Positions 28,735 to 38,517 of a DNA stretch of 64,000 nucleotides are shown piece by piece (the stretch's first letter is position 1; each line of letters begins with the position of its first letter). The stretch comes from Thermoplasmata archaeon (GTDB taxonomy: Archaea; Thermoplasmatota; Thermoplasmata; Lutacidiplasmatales; UBA184), in the NCBI GenBank assembly GCA_021827405.1, contig JAKAVY010000001.1, positions 16,861 through 80,860 of the forward strand. The letters are read 5' to 3'. The position numbers and the translations under genes are program-made. The notes below the pieces were generated by a model, which did not search any database, was not told the origin of the DNA, and saw only the letters and a program-made list of their open reading frames with translations.

Positions 28735-28868
28735 GACCCCGGGGCTGCCCTCGCCCAACCCTTTCCTTCTCTTCCTTCCTTCTTTATTGGGGCGATCCCA
28801 CAACGCCCACGGGGAACTGGCCTAGGGGGCAGGCGGGACCCTGACATTGGCGCTGACGGAGAAACGGG

Positions 28869-28874
28869 TTTATA
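28869..28874 (+). promoter_or_regulatory. TATA box (TTTATA) with an upstream purine-rich BRE-like AAACGGG, about 35 nt upstream of the acs ATG
   Basis: gaaacgggtttataccgtgg at 28861-28880. The acs start codon is at 28909, implying a very short 5' leader. Confidence 0.4.
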
Positions 28875-28908
28875 CCGTGGTACGTTCGCGCATGACAGGT
28901 CTTGAACT

Positions 28909-31032
28909 ATGAGCGGAAGCACCCCGATGCGGAGCGGCAAGGAACGAGCGGCGGAACTCTCAGAGGCGGAGATTGCCGTCCACTGGCGCGAGGAAGGCTA
29001 CTTCCAACCTTCTTCCCGGTTCATCGGTCAGGCCAACCTGTCCGACCCTTCCGTGCGGGAACGGTTCTCCGAGGCCCACTTCCCGGAATGCTTCCGGGAG
29101 TACGCGGACCTCCTCACCTGGGACCATTACTGGCAGACGACGTTGGACTCGAGCAAGCCCCCCTTCTACAATTGGTTCGTGGGGGGGAGGCTGAACGTCT
29201 GCTACAACTGCGTCGACCGGCACCTCCCGAAGCACAAGAACAAGGCGGCCTTGATCTTCGTGGGGGAGCCGGAGGAGGACGCCCCTCAGTCCATCACCTA
29301 TCAGGAGCTCTACGTCCGGGTCAACGAGGTGGCCGCCCTCCTTCAGGAGTTTGCCGGGCTCAAGACCGGCGACCGGGTGACCATCCACATGCCGATGGTC
29401 CCGGAGCTTCCCATCACCATGCTCGCCTGCGCCCGGCTGGGGGTGGTCCACTCGGTGGTGTTCGGGGGCTTCTCCGGCGAATCCTGTGGACGCCGGATCG
29501 CGGACAGTGGCAGCCAGGTGCTCATCACGACGGACGGTTACTACCGGAGCGGGAAGCTCCTGGACCACAAGGCCAACGCCGACCTGGCCGTCAAGACCGC
29601 CGCCGAAGAAGGTCAGAAGGTCGAGAAGGTCCTGATCTGGCGCCGCTTCCCGAACGGTCGGTCCGCCACCAGCACCCCGATGGTGGAGGGGCGCGACTAC
29701 GTGATCAACGACCTGCTGACGAAGTACAGGGGACGCCGGGTCGCCCCGGTCTCGCAACCGGCGGAGGCGCCGCTCTTCCTGATGTACACGAGCGGCACCA
29801 CCGGTCGGCCGAAAGGCTGCCAGCACAGCTCCGGGGGTTACCTCGCCTACGTGGCCGGGACGAGCAAGTTCGTCCAGGACATCCACCCCGAGGACGTGTA
29901 CTGGTGCCTGGCCGACATCGGTTGGATCACCGGGCATTCCTACATCGTCTACGGGCCCCTCGCCCTCGGGGCGACCTCCGTGATCTATGAAGGGGTCCCC
30001 ACGTTCCCCGACCCGGGCCGACCCTGGCGCATCGCGGAACGGCTGGACGTGAACATCTTCCACACCTCCCCCACGTCGATCCGGATGCTCAGGAAGGTCG
30101 GCCCGGAGGAGCCCGCCAAGTACCATTACCACTTCAAGCACATGACCACGGTCGGGGAGCCGATCGAGCCGGAGGCCTGGAAGTGGTACTATCACTCGGT
30201 GGGGAAGGACGAGGCGGTCATCGTGGACACCTGGTGGCAGACGGAGACCGGGGGCTTCCTCTGCTCCACCCTTCCCGCGCTCGACCGGATGAAGCCGGGG
30301 AGCGCCGGACCGGGCGTGCCCGGGATCTATCCGGTCATTTTGGACGAGAACGGCCAGGAGGTCCCCCCGGGCTCGAACAAGGCCGGGAACATCTGCATCC
30401 GGAATCCTTGGCCCGGCCTCATGCAGACCATCTGGCGGGACCCGGACCGGTTCGTGAAGCAATACTTCTCCCGGTACAACAAGGACCCGAAGAGCAAGGA
30501 CTGGCACGACTGGCCCTACTTCGCGGGGGACGGTGCCCTGCTCGCCCCGGACGGGTACTACCGGATCCTGGGCCGAATCGACGATGTGATCAATGTGGCC
30601 GGTCACCGTCTGGGGACCAAGGAGATCGAGTCGGCTTGCCTCACGGTGCCGGAAGTGGCGGAGGCGGCTGTGGTCCCCGTGGTCGACGAGCTCCGCGGGC
30701 GGCTGCCGGAGGTGTACGTCTCGCTCAAACCCGGGGTCACCGCTTCCCCCTCGGCCATCCAGGAAAAGGTGGTCCACGCCATCGAGGTCGAGATCGGGAA
30801 GATCGCCCGGCCCCGTAGCGTCCAGATCGTCTCGGACATGCCCAAGACCCGTTCCGGGAAGATCATGCGGAGGGTGCTGGCGGCCATCTCCAACACCATG
30901 GACGTGGGGGATGTGACCACCCTGGCCAACCCGGACGTGGTCGAGCAGATCCGGACCGCGGTGCAGGGAAAGGAGAAGAAGGCCGCCCGATCCGGCCCCG
31001 AGGACATCAAGGCGTTCGGGCAGGAGCATTAG
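28909..31032 (+). CDS. acs: Acetyl-CoA synthetase (AMP-forming)
   Basis: AMP-binding signature YTSGTTGRPKG, MYTSG, WWQTETGG, and the C-terminal acetylatable-lysine motif PKTRSGKIMRR. The length and N-terminal region (YEELY...) match Acs. Confidence 0.9.
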   Translation: MSGSTPMRSGKERAAELSEAEIAVHWREEGYFQPSSRFIGQANLSDPSVRERFSEAHFPECFREYADLLTWDHYWQTTLDSSKPPFYNWFVGGRLNVCYNCVDRHLPKHKNKAALIFVGEPEEDAPQSITYQELYVRVNEVAALLQEFAGLKTGDRVTIHMPMVPELPITMLACARLGVVHSVVFGGFSGESCGRRIADSGSQVLITTDGYYRSGKLLDHKANADLAVKTAAEEGQKVEKVLIWRRFPNGRSATSTPMVEGRDYVINDLLTKYRGRRVAPVSQPAEAPLFLMYTSGTTGRPKGCQHSSGGYLAYVAGTSKFVQDIHPEDVYWCLADIGWITGHSYIVYGPLALGATSVIYEGVPTFPDPGRPWRIAERLDVNIFHTSPTSIRMLRKVGPEEPAKYHYHFKHMTTVGEPIEPEAWKWYYHSVGKDEAVIVDTWWQTETGGFLCSTLPALDRMKPGSAGPGVPGIYPVILDENGQEVPPGSNKAGNICIRNPWPGLMQTIWRDPDRFVKQYFSRYNKDPKSKDWHDWPYFAGDGALLAPDGYYRILGRIDDVINVAGHRLGTKEIESACLTVPEVAEAAVVPVVDELRGRLPEVYVSLKPGVTASPSAIQEKVVHAIEVEIGKIARPRSVQIVSDMPKTRSGKIMRRVLAAISNTMDVGDVTTLANPDVVEQIRTAVQGKEKKAARSGPEDIKAFGQEH

Positions 31033-33586
31033 GGCCCCCCCGGGGCGGGGAGTACGTCGTCCAGAGGCCCCGTAGGACGACCCCGTCCCGAGCGGGCAGG
31101 GTGAGCTCCATCCGCTCCAGTTCGGGGAACTCCTCCACCAAGCGGGAGACAAGGAGAACGCTGCGTCGCACCCGGGACACGTTCGACGGGTCCCGGGCCG
31201 TCCAGGCCCGGCTCGTAGGGTCCTGCTCCAATCGCTGGACCAGCCCCTCGCCCTCCGAGCCGGTGATCGGGAGGATCCAGCGTTGCCGGGGAAGCTCCAT
31301 CCTCAGGGGAGGGACGCGTAGGGCGAGGGTCATCACCGGGCTGAACGCATCCGTCCCCCCCACGCTCACCTCCAAGGCCGTCTCCACCCCCTCTTTGGAA
31401 GGGGGCTCCACTCCCCGGAACCCACAAAGGTCCGCGAACGCCCCCAGTTCTGACGGAGGGAGCTCTCCCCCTCCTCGTTGGCGATGCCCCTCCATGAGGA
31501 CGCGGAGAGGGTCCCATCGGACTTCCGCGAACTCCGGCACATCACCCATAGGCGTGGCCCGCCAACGGGCATAGCGATACGCGAGGCCCAGGGCGCGGGC
31601 TGCCGGCTCTGGGAAGTGATGCACCGGGAAGGGGCTCCCCGACGCGTCGGGATCCCAATCCCTGGGGGAGGTCACCAGCAAGGCCGGCTTGGCCGCGGGC
31701 CCCTTGGCCGGGCCCAAGGCCTGGAGGGCCGCACGGATCCGGGCACGGGTCTCCGGGGCCCCCGGGGATTCCAGGGGTATCCAAAGGACCAAAAGGGCGT
31801 CCACCTCTCTACTTTCTGCCCCCCAGGCGATGGCCCGCTGGTACTCGCCTCCCTGTGCCCAAATGCCCAGGTCGACGGGGTTACGGAGGGTCCGGGCCCC
31901 CGGTAGAGCGGAGCGCAGCAGTTCCTGGGAGTCCGGGGAGATCTCGGGAACGGCGAGCCCCTCGGAGAGGAGGGCGTCGACGGCCACCACCCCGGGGCCC
32001 TTCGCATTCGTCACCACCAGAACCCGGGGTCCGGCCGGGAGCGGCTGGTCCACCAGGAGCTCTGCCAGGTCGAGTGCCTCTTCCAACCGGGCCACCCGAA
32101 GGACCCCCGATTGCTCGAACAACGCATTGACGTTGGGGTCCTCCACGAGGGGCGCGACCCCTTCCCGCTCCGCAGCCCGTAGCGCCGGGCCCGTCCGCAG
32201 GGACTTGAGCGCCACCAGGGGCTTTGACCTCCCCACCCGACGCGAGAGCCGGGCGAAGCGCCGGGGATTGCCGAACGACTCCAGATAGAGCAGGACGACC
32301 TGAGCGGCCGGATCGTCCTCCCAGTATTGCAACAGGTCGTTGCTGGAGACGTCCGCCTTGTCCCCGAGGCTCACGAACGAACTGAACCCCAGGCCCCGCT
32401 CCCGGGCCCGTTCCAGGACCGAGACCCCCAAGGCACCGCTCTGGGAAGCGAAGGCCACCGTCCCAGCGAGAGGGACCCCCGGTACCAGGCTGGCGTTCAA
32501 CCGGACGGGAGGGGTCATGTGGGTCAGCCCGAGGGTGGCCGGACCCAACACCCGCATCCCCCACCCCCGGGCGCGTTCCACCAGGTCGCGCTGGAACCGG
32601 GCGCCCTCCTCTCCCCGGTCGTCGTACCCCCCGGTGACGACCACCAGTCCGTGGACCCCCTTCCTTCCACAGTCGTCCACGACCGAAGGGAGGACGGGGG
32701 CCGGCACGGCCAGGACCGCGAGGTCCACGGGCCCCGGGACGGTCGTGAGGTCGGGGAAGGCGCGCAGACCTTCCAGTTCCTCGGCTTGGGGGTGGATCGG
32801 GTAGAGGCCGCCCGGATACCCCCCCTCCCGCAGATGGCGCAGGATGCTCCGGCCGAGCCCTTCCTTGGAACGGGAAACGCCGAAGACCGCGACCCCTCGG
32901 GGCTCGAAGAAGGGGGCCAGGGAGGCTACGGTGGCGACCCGCTCGCGGAACTCGTAGCGCTCCAGGAAGCGAGGGGTGCTCTGGAGGGAGAGGGCCACCT
33001 CCACCTCGCCTCCGGAGGCGTTCTCCACCAGGGCGAACCCCATGGAGCGGAACACCTCCAGCATTGGGCGGTTCCCCTGCGAGGTCCGGGCCCAGAACCG
33101 ACGGATGCCACGCCGGACGGCCACGAGCGTCAGCCGTTCAAGGAGCGCGGAACCGATCCCCAGACCCTGAAAGGCATCCTCCACGAGAAAGGCGATCTCG
33201 GCTCCCTCGGAATCGGGAGCGTCCCGGACATACTCCCCGTGGGCGATGATCCGGGGACTCGCTGGCCCCCCGGATAGGATGACCAAGCCCTGGCGTTCGA
33301 CGCCGGGGGGGTTCTCCAGGAGGCTACGCGTCGCCACCTCCGGGGCCACCGCCGCCATGAAGCGTGCCTCCCGGGCCTCCGGGGAGAGGCGACGCAGGAA
33401 GTCTTCCAGCAAGCCAAGGTCGCCCGGGACCAGCGGACGAAGCTCCACGGCCTGGCCGTTGCGAAGCAGCAAAGGCCCCTGATCGGGCGCTCCCTGGGAC
33501 AGCCCCCGGGTCAAGGGGCCCGCGTCCCCGCTCCGCGGGGAGAACGGACCCGACGGGAGCTCGTGGTCGTCCCCTGGACCGGGCAT
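31007..33586 (-). CDS. Pat-like protein acetyltransferase: N-terminal GNAT domain fused to an NDP-forming acyl-CoA-synthetase-like (ACD alpha+beta) module. The domain order is inverted relative to enterobacterial Pat.
   Basis: GNAT motif A region AFLVEDAFQGLGIGSALLERL. CoA-binding domain RGVAVFGVSRSKEGLGRSIL. ACD-alpha-like FASQSGALG and KPLVALKS, but the phospho-His motif (SHTGALAG in active ACD) is replaced by SLRTGPALRAA. A C-terminal ATP-grasp-like beta domain is also present. It converges on acs with a 26-nt overlap. Confidence 0.7.
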   Translation of the reverse strand: MPGPGDDHELPSGPFSPRSGDAGPLTRGLSQGAPDQGPLLLRNGQAVELRPLVPGDLGLLEDFLRRLSPEAREARFMAAVAPEVATRSLLENPPGVERQGLVILSGGPASPRIIAHGEYVRDAPDSEGAEIAFLVEDAFQGLGIGSALLERLTLVAVRRGIRRFWARTSQGNRPMLEVFRSMGFALVENASGGEVEVALSLQSTPRFLERYEFRERVATVASLAPFFEPRGVAVFGVSRSKEGLGRSILRHLREGGYPGGLYPIHPQAEELEGLRAFPDLTTVPGPVDLAVLAVPAPVLPSVVDDCGRKGVHGLVVVTGGYDDRGEEGARFQRDLVERARGWGMRVLGPATLGLTHMTPPVRLNASLVPGVPLAGTVAFASQSGALGVSVLERARERGLGFSSFVSLGDKADVSSNDLLQYWEDDPAAQVVLLYLESFGNPRRFARLSRRVGRSKPLVALKSLRTGPALRAAEREGVAPLVEDPNVNALFEQSGVLRVARLEEALDLAELLVDQPLPAGPRVLVVTNAKGPGVVAVDALLSEGLAVPEISPDSQELLRSALPGARTLRNPVDLGIWAQGGEYQRAIAWGAESREVDALLVLWIPLESPGAPETRARIRAALQALGPAKGPAAKPALLVTSPRDWDPDASGSPFPVHHFPEPAARALGLAYRYARWRATPMGDVPEFAEVRWDPLRVLMEGHRQRGGGELPPSELGAFADLCGFRGVEPPSKEGVETALEVSVGGTDAFSPVMTLALRVPPLRMELPRQRWILPITGSEGEGLVQRLEQDPTSRAWTARDPSNVSRVRRSVLLVSRLVEEFPELERMELTLPARDGVVLRGLWTTYSPPRGGPNAPARTP

Positions 33587-33649
33587 GGACCGGAGGCCGG
33601 AGCGGCTCCGGTCAGATAGCCCTTGGGAAAGCCCCCCTCCCGTCAGAGG

Positions 33650-34573
33650 TCAAGGGACCTCCCGGATCCGGGAGAGCTTCTCGAGGAACTCAGGGCCCTC
33701 TCCCGTCCTCAAAGGGGTCCCGTCCTCCCGGACCAGGGACAGCCCCGCCACCTGGCAGGCGGCCTGGGGGTCCTTTCCCTCCAAAAGGGCCCGGATCGCC
33801 CGGAGCTCCCGGGCGCTCAAACGCATGCCCATGACCTGGAACTCCTCGAAGGCCTCGTAACAGGTCGGCGCCACCTTCCGGGCCAGGGTCGCAACCACGG
33901 CCGCGTACTGGCGGATCTCCTCCTGGGCGTGCGGGTCCAAACGCAGCCGAAGGAAGTGGAAGAGGTTGTGGAGGTTGATCTTCCAGTACCACTGGGTGTA
34001 GTAGCTCACCGGGAGGAGCATCCGGGCCGTCTCGCGGGCGACGCCCTGGGAGAGCGCCTTCTCGTAGGCCTGGTAGGCCTCCCGGGAGATCCGGTCGAGG
34101 TCCGCCCGGAAGCTCTCTCCCACGGCAAGGTCCAAGGGCTCCCCCCGACCCTGCCGGTTCCGGGCGGACTGCCGACGGACCTCCGAGGCGGCGGGGAGCT
34201 CGTACTCATCGGGAACGATCGAATACCTCGCCGAGTACTCGTTCACCGAGGCGGTGCGATGTCGGATCCACTGGCGAGCGACGTAGATCGGTAGCCGGAC
34301 CAAGAACTTCAGTTCCACCATCTCGAACGGAGTGGTGTGCCCGTGGCGGAGAAGGTAGCGGATGAGCCCCCGGTCGTCCCGCACCGTCCGGGTCCCCGCT
34401 CCGTAGGAGACCCTCGCCGCCTGGACCACCGCGGCGTCGTTCCCCATGTAGTCCACGAGGACGACGAAACCGTGGGAGAGTACGGGATGCCTCACCCCGA
34501 TGAGGGAGTCGGCCGCCGGCACCGACGGGCGGGACATGGCGGGTTCCGGCGGCTCCACGGTCGCCCGAACCAC
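33650..34573 (-). CDS. thyX: Flavin-dependent thymidylate synthase ThyX (the start may be the internal MSRPS at about 34537)
   Basis: ThyX signature RHRTASVNEYSARY (R-H-R-x7-S-x-R-Y) plus FVVLVDYMGND and TTPFEMVELKF blocks. Confidence 0.85.
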   Translation of the reverse strand: MVRATVEPPEPAMSRPSVPAADSLIGVRHPVLSHGFVVLVDYMGNDAAVVQAARVSYGAGTRTVRDDRGLIRYLLRHGHTTPFEMVELKFLVRLPIYVARQWIRHRTASVNEYSARYSIVPDEYELPAASEVRRQSARNRQGRGEPLDLAVGESFRADLDRISREAYQAYEKALSQGVARETARMLLPVSYYTQWYWKINLHNLFHFLRLRLDPHAQEEIRQYAAVVATLARKVAPTCYEAFEEFQVMGMRLSARELRAIRALLEGKDPQAACQVAGLSLVREDGTPLRTGEGPEFLEKLSRIREVP

Positions 34574-34582
34574 CGGATGACT

Positions 34583-35503
34583 TTAAGCGGAACGGGTGCG
34601 CCGACGACGCGACCGGCCCGACCCGGGTCCCGGAACCCCGCGACGCGACCCGGCCCGAAGGATCTGGGCCGCCACCACTGCCGCAGGGACCCCCCCATCG
34701 ATGTTCACGACGGCCAAGGGGGCACAGGACTGGAGCATGGTCAACAACGCCGCCTCCCCCCGTCCTCCGCGACCATACCCCTGGGAGGTGGGGATGCCCA
34801 GGACCGGGCGGTCCACGAGGCCGGCCACCACCGGCGCGAGCGCCCCCTCCCTTCCGGCGCAGACGAGGTAGACCCCGGGGTTGGCCTCCCTGAGGGCGGG
34901 CAAGGCCCTAAGGAGCCGATGGAGCCCGGCCACTCCCACGTCATCCGCCCGTACGATCCGGGCCCCCCAGGCTTTCAGCACCCCTTCCACCTCGGCCGCC
35001 ACTCTCGCATCCGCCGTCCCGGCGGTGATCAGCGCCGCGGTCGTGCCCCGTAAGGGGCGGTCTCCCACCCCCGGGTGGAGGATGACCAGCCCGGACCCGG
35101 GCAGCTCCCGGAGGGCCAGCCCCTCTGCCCGCAGGGTACGGATCAGGCCCCTTTGCGTTTCGGTGAGGCGGGAGATCAAAATGGTCTCCGGTAGCTCATC
35201 TAGACCGCGGATGAGCCTCTCCAGGTCCCGGTCGGACTTCCCCTCCGCCAAGACGATCTCCGGCAGGCCCGTGCGCTCCCGGCGGGCCACATCGAACCGG
35301 GCATGGTCTCCCGCCCGGAGGACCTTCGCCCCCCCAGGCGGCCGGTCGCGCCCCCCCGGAGGAGAGGGACCGACGCTTTGCCGGGAGGGTCTCGACACTC
35401 GCCCGTTCATCCCCCCCCTTCCCTCCTCGCGGCAGCCCTTCCGGGCGAGGAGGGCGACCTCACGGGCCGATGGCTTAAATGCCCCATCCCCCTCGCGGGC
35501 CAT
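34583..35503 (-). CDS. LarB-like (PurE-related) protein, possible pyridinium-3,5-biscarboxylic acid mononucleotide synthase. The N-terminus is probably over-extended (alternative start at about 35410).
   Basis: HARFDVARRERTGLPEIVLAEGKS matches the LarB D-x-x-R...G-x-PE-V-(I/L)-x-G-x-GK motif, and a PurE-like flavodoxin fold region GTADARVAAEVEGVLKAWGARIV follows. No larC, larE or larA genes are adjacent. Confidence 0.55.
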   Translation of the reverse strand: MAREGDGAFKPSAREVALLARKGCREEGRGGMNGRVSRPSRQSVGPSPPGGRDRPPGGAKVLRAGDHARFDVARRERTGLPEIVLAEGKSDRDLERLIRGLDELPETILISRLTETQRGLIRTLRAEGLALRELPGSGLVILHPGVGDRPLRGTTAALITAGTADARVAAEVEGVLKAWGARIVRADDVGVAGLHRLLRALPALREANPGVYLVCAGREGALAPVVAGLVDRPVLGIPTSQGYGRGGRGEAALLTMLQSCAPLAVVNIDGGVPAAVVAAQILRAGSRRGVPGPGSGRSRRRRTRSA

Positions 35504-35511
35504 CCGTAGCC

Positions 35512-36663
35512 ATGCCCATCTCCTTTGACCTCACCCCGGAGCAGCGCGAACTGCAGGGCCTGGCGTCGAAGTTCGCCCGGGAGGAGATGGCTCCCCGGGC
35601 CGCGGAGTGCGATCGCACCGGGCGGTTCCCGGAAGAGGTCTATCGGAAGGCCTGGGAGCTGGGCCTGATGAACCTGAACGTCCCCGTGGAGTACGGGGGC
35701 TCGGGGCTCCCGCTGCTGGACCAGTGCCTGATCACGGAGGAGCTCGCTTCCGCCTGTGGGGGGATGACCACCTCCATTCTGGCCAACTGCCTGGCCCTCC
35801 AGCCGATCAACCTGGGAGGGAGCCCGGAACAGCGGGAACGCTTCCTCAAGCCCTTCTGCGCTGACTACCGCCTGGCGTCCTTTGCGCTCACCGAGCCCGG
35901 AGGCGGAAGTGATGCCGGGGCCCTCAAGACCCGGGCGGTCCGCGAAGGCGACAGCTACGTGCTCACCGGCCAGAAGTGCTTCATCACCAACGCGCCCCAG
36001 GCCTCGCTCTACACGGTCTTCGCCACGGTGGACCCGGAGAAGAAGCACGCCGGGATCACCGCGTTCGTCGTTCCCCGGGACACCCCGGGGGTCTCCCTGG
36101 GCCGGGAGGAGGACAAGCTTGGGCAACGCGCCTCGTCCACCGCCACCGTGACCTTCGAGCGGGCGAAGGTGCCGCGGGAGAACCGCCTGGGAGAAGAGGG
36201 GGAGGGGTTCAAGCTCGCCATGGCCACCCTGGACTCCACCCGGACCCCCATCGGGGCGTTGGCGGTGGGGATCGCCCGGGCCGCGCTCGACCACGCGTCC
36301 CGCTACGCGCTGCAACGGACCTCCTTCGGGGTCCCGATCGCGCAGCACCAGGCGATCGCCACCAAGATCGGGAGCATGGTCCAGGAGCTGGAGGCCTCCC
36401 GACTGCTGACCTGGCTTTCCGCCTGGATGGTGGACCAGGGCAAGCGGGCGACGCTGGAGAGCTCGGTGGCCAAGTGCTTTGCCTCGGACGCGGCCATGCG
36501 CATCTGCGACGAGGCGATCCAGATCTTCGGGGGCTATGGCTACATGCGGGACTACCCGGTGGAGAAGCTCCTGCGGGACGCGAAGCTCTGCCAGATCTAT
36601 GAGGGCGCCAACGAGATCCAGCGGCTGGTGATCTCCCGGGAATACCTGCGCCGGTTCTCCTGA
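35512..36663 (+). CDS. Acyl-CoA dehydrogenase (short/medium-chain type)
   Basis: FDLTPEQRELQ...FAREEMAP N-terminus, FALTEPGGGSDAGAL, catalytic-base region YEGANEIQRLVISRE at the C-terminus, and a total length of 383 aa. Confidence 0.85.
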   Translation: MPISFDLTPEQRELQGLASKFAREEMAPRAAECDRTGRFPEEVYRKAWELGLMNLNVPVEYGGSGLPLLDQCLITEELASACGGMTTSILANCLALQPINLGGSPEQRERFLKPFCADYRLASFALTEPGGGSDAGALKTRAVREGDSYVLTGQKCFITNAPQASLYTVFATVDPEKKHAGITAFVVPRDTPGVSLGREEDKLGQRASSTATVTFERAKVPRENRLGEEGEGFKLAMATLDSTRTPIGALAVGIARAALDHASRYALQRTSFGVPIAQHQAIATKIGSMVQELEASRLLTWLSAWMVDQGKRATLESSVAKCFASDAAMRICDEAIQIFGGYGYMRDYPVEKLLRDAKLCQIYEGANEIQRLVISREYLRRFS

Positions 36664-36682
36664 GCCTTCCGGGAGCGGGACG

Positions 36683-37474
36683 ATGGAGGCGGTGGTCTGC
36701 ATCAAGCCGGTACCGGAGGCGGATTCCCGGCTCCGGGTCGCCGCCTCCGGGGTCACCTACGACCCGGAGGGGGTGCGCTACACCTTGAACAGCACCTACG
36801 ACGAGGCCGCCCTGGAGGAGGCCCTCCGGTTGAAGGAGGCCGGGGCCTTCGAGAAGGTCCGTGTGGTCTCGGTGGGGCCCCCCCGGGCTGAGGAGGGATT
36901 GCGCTACGCCCTGGCGATGGGGGGGGACGAGGGCCTCCTGGTGGAGACCCGGCCCGATGACCTTTTGGACCCGGGGTTCACGGCCGCCGTCCTTGCCGAG
37001 GCGGTCCGCTCCCTTCCCCACGACCTGGTCCTGGTGGGCCGCCGGGCCGGGGACGACGAGGCCGGGGTGGTGGGGAGTGCGCTCGGGGAGCACCTGGGGA
37101 TCCCCAGCTTCGCCTTTGTGACCGGGCTCACGGTCTCTGGAGGGGGGAGCCCGCTGAAGGTCCGACGCTTCACCGAGGCCGGTGAGGAACTCCTCTCCGT
37201 GCCGCCTCCGGTCGTCATCTCCTTGCTCAAGGGCGCGCAGGACCCCCGGACCCCGACCCTGCCGAACATCCTCAAGGCGCGGAGGAAGCCTCTGCTCCGC
37301 GAGCCCTGGACCGAGGTCCTTTCCCGCCACCCAGGGGCACCGGTCCGGGCTCCTGCCATGCGGTTCGAACTTCCCCCGCCCCGGACGGGGGCCCACCTGG
37401 TGGACTACCAGTCCCCGGCCGAGGCCGCGGAGAAGCTCGTGAAGCTCCTCCGGGAGGAGGCCAAGGTCCTTTGA
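36683..37474 (+). CDS. etfB: Electron-transfer flavoprotein beta subunit
   Basis: [20 protein letters not shown]-terminus, [19 protein letters not shown] and C-terminal lid region typical of EtfB. It overlaps etfA by 4 nt. Confidence 0.85.
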   Translation: MEAVVCIKPVPEADSRLRVAASGVTYDPEGVRYTLNSTYDEAALEEALRLKEAGAFEKVRVVSVGPPRAEEGLRYALAMGGDEGLLVETRPDDLLDPGFTAAVLAEAVRSLPHDLVLVGRRAGDDEAGVVGSALGEHLGIPSFAFVTGLTVSGGGSPLKVRRFTEAGEELLSVPPPVVISLLKGAQDPRTPTLPNILKARRKPLLREPWTEVLSRHPGAPVRAPAMRFELPPPRTGAHLVDYQSPAEAAEKLVKLLREEAKVL

Positions 37475-38472
37475 GCCCCACGGCGCTGGTCGTGGCCGAT
37501 CCTCGAAGCCCGGTGGGGATCCGGACCACTCTCGAGGCCCTCGGCGCGGCCCGGGCCCTGCTCGATCGTTCGGGCGGCGGGAAGGTGGCGTTGGCCTTGC
37601 TGGGGCACGGTCTGGGGGATGTACCGGAGGCCGCCAAGCGCTGGGGGGCAGACCAGGTGTTGGTGCTGGACGACCCCCGGCTAGCGATCTTCCGGTCGGA
37701 GACCTACGCCTGGGGGGCGGAGGGGTTGGTGAAGAGGCTCGCCCCACCGGTGGTGGTCCTGCTGCCGGGCAGCACGATGGGTCGGGAACTGGTGGGCCGT
37801 CTCAGCGCCCGGTTGGGGGGAGGTGGCACCTCGGAGGCGCTGGAGCTCGAGTTGGAAGAGACCCGCGGTCTCCGCGTACGCCGTCCGCTCTTCGGGGGCA
37901 AGGCCTCGGAGACGCTCTCCCTCCCGTTCCCCGCTGTCGCCTCCCTGCGGCCAAACGCCTTCGCTCCTTCGGAGGCCTCCGCGGCGGCCCCTGTTGAGGC
38001 GGTCGAGCTTCCAAAGGCGGGACCCGCAGGCCCCGGGGCCGAGCTGTTGGAGCGTTCCCCCGTCCCGGTGAGCGATACGCCGCCCTTGACCCAGGCCCCC
38101 GTCGTGGTCTCGGGTGGCCGGGGGCTTCGTGGACCGGAAAACTGGCCCCTTCTGGAGGACCTGGCCCGGGCGCTGGGGGCCGGCCTGGGGGCCTCCCGCG
38201 CCGTGGTGGATGCGGGATGGCGTCCGGCCGCCGAGCAGGTCGGCCAGACCGGGGCCTCCGTCTCTCCGCAACTCTACGTGGCCGTGGGCATCTCCGGGGC
38301 CATCCAGCATCTGGTGGGGATGTCCTCTTCCCGGTGCATCGTCGCCATCAACACGGACCCGTCCGCCCCCATCTTCAAAGTGGCGGACTACGGGGTCGTG
38401 GGGGATGCCCTGGTCCTGCTCCCTCCGCTCACCGAGGCCATACGGCGCGCCCGTGCCGGTGCGGGCCCCTAG
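37471..38472 (+). CDS. etfA: Electron-transfer flavoprotein alpha subunit
   Basis: FAD-binding C-terminal signature [48 protein letters not shown]. Confidence 0.85.
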   Translation: MSPTALVVADPRSPVGIRTTLEALGAARALLDRSGGGKVALALLGHGLGDVPEAAKRWGADQVLVLDDPRLAIFRSETYAWGAEGLVKRLAPPVVVLLPGSTMGRELVGRLSARLGGGGTSEALELELEETRGLRVRRPLFGGKASETLSLPFPAVASLRPNAFAPSEASAAAPVEAVELPKAGPAGPGAELLERSPVPVSDTPPLTQAPVVVSGGRGLRGPENWPLLEDLARALGAGLGASRAVVDAGWRPAAEQVGQTGASVSPQLYVAVGISGAIQHLVGMSSSRCIVAINTDPSAPIFKVADYGVVGDALVLLPPLTEAIRRARAGAGP

Positions 38473-38517
38473 GGATGAGCGGAAGCCCTAAACCAATCGG
38501 CTTCCTGCGGTTCTCCC

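Noticed and set aside
28960-31152. 730-aa minus-strand ORF covering the acs locus
   Set aside because: It is antisense to the unmistakable Acs gene, a G/P/R/D/H-rich low-complexity translation.
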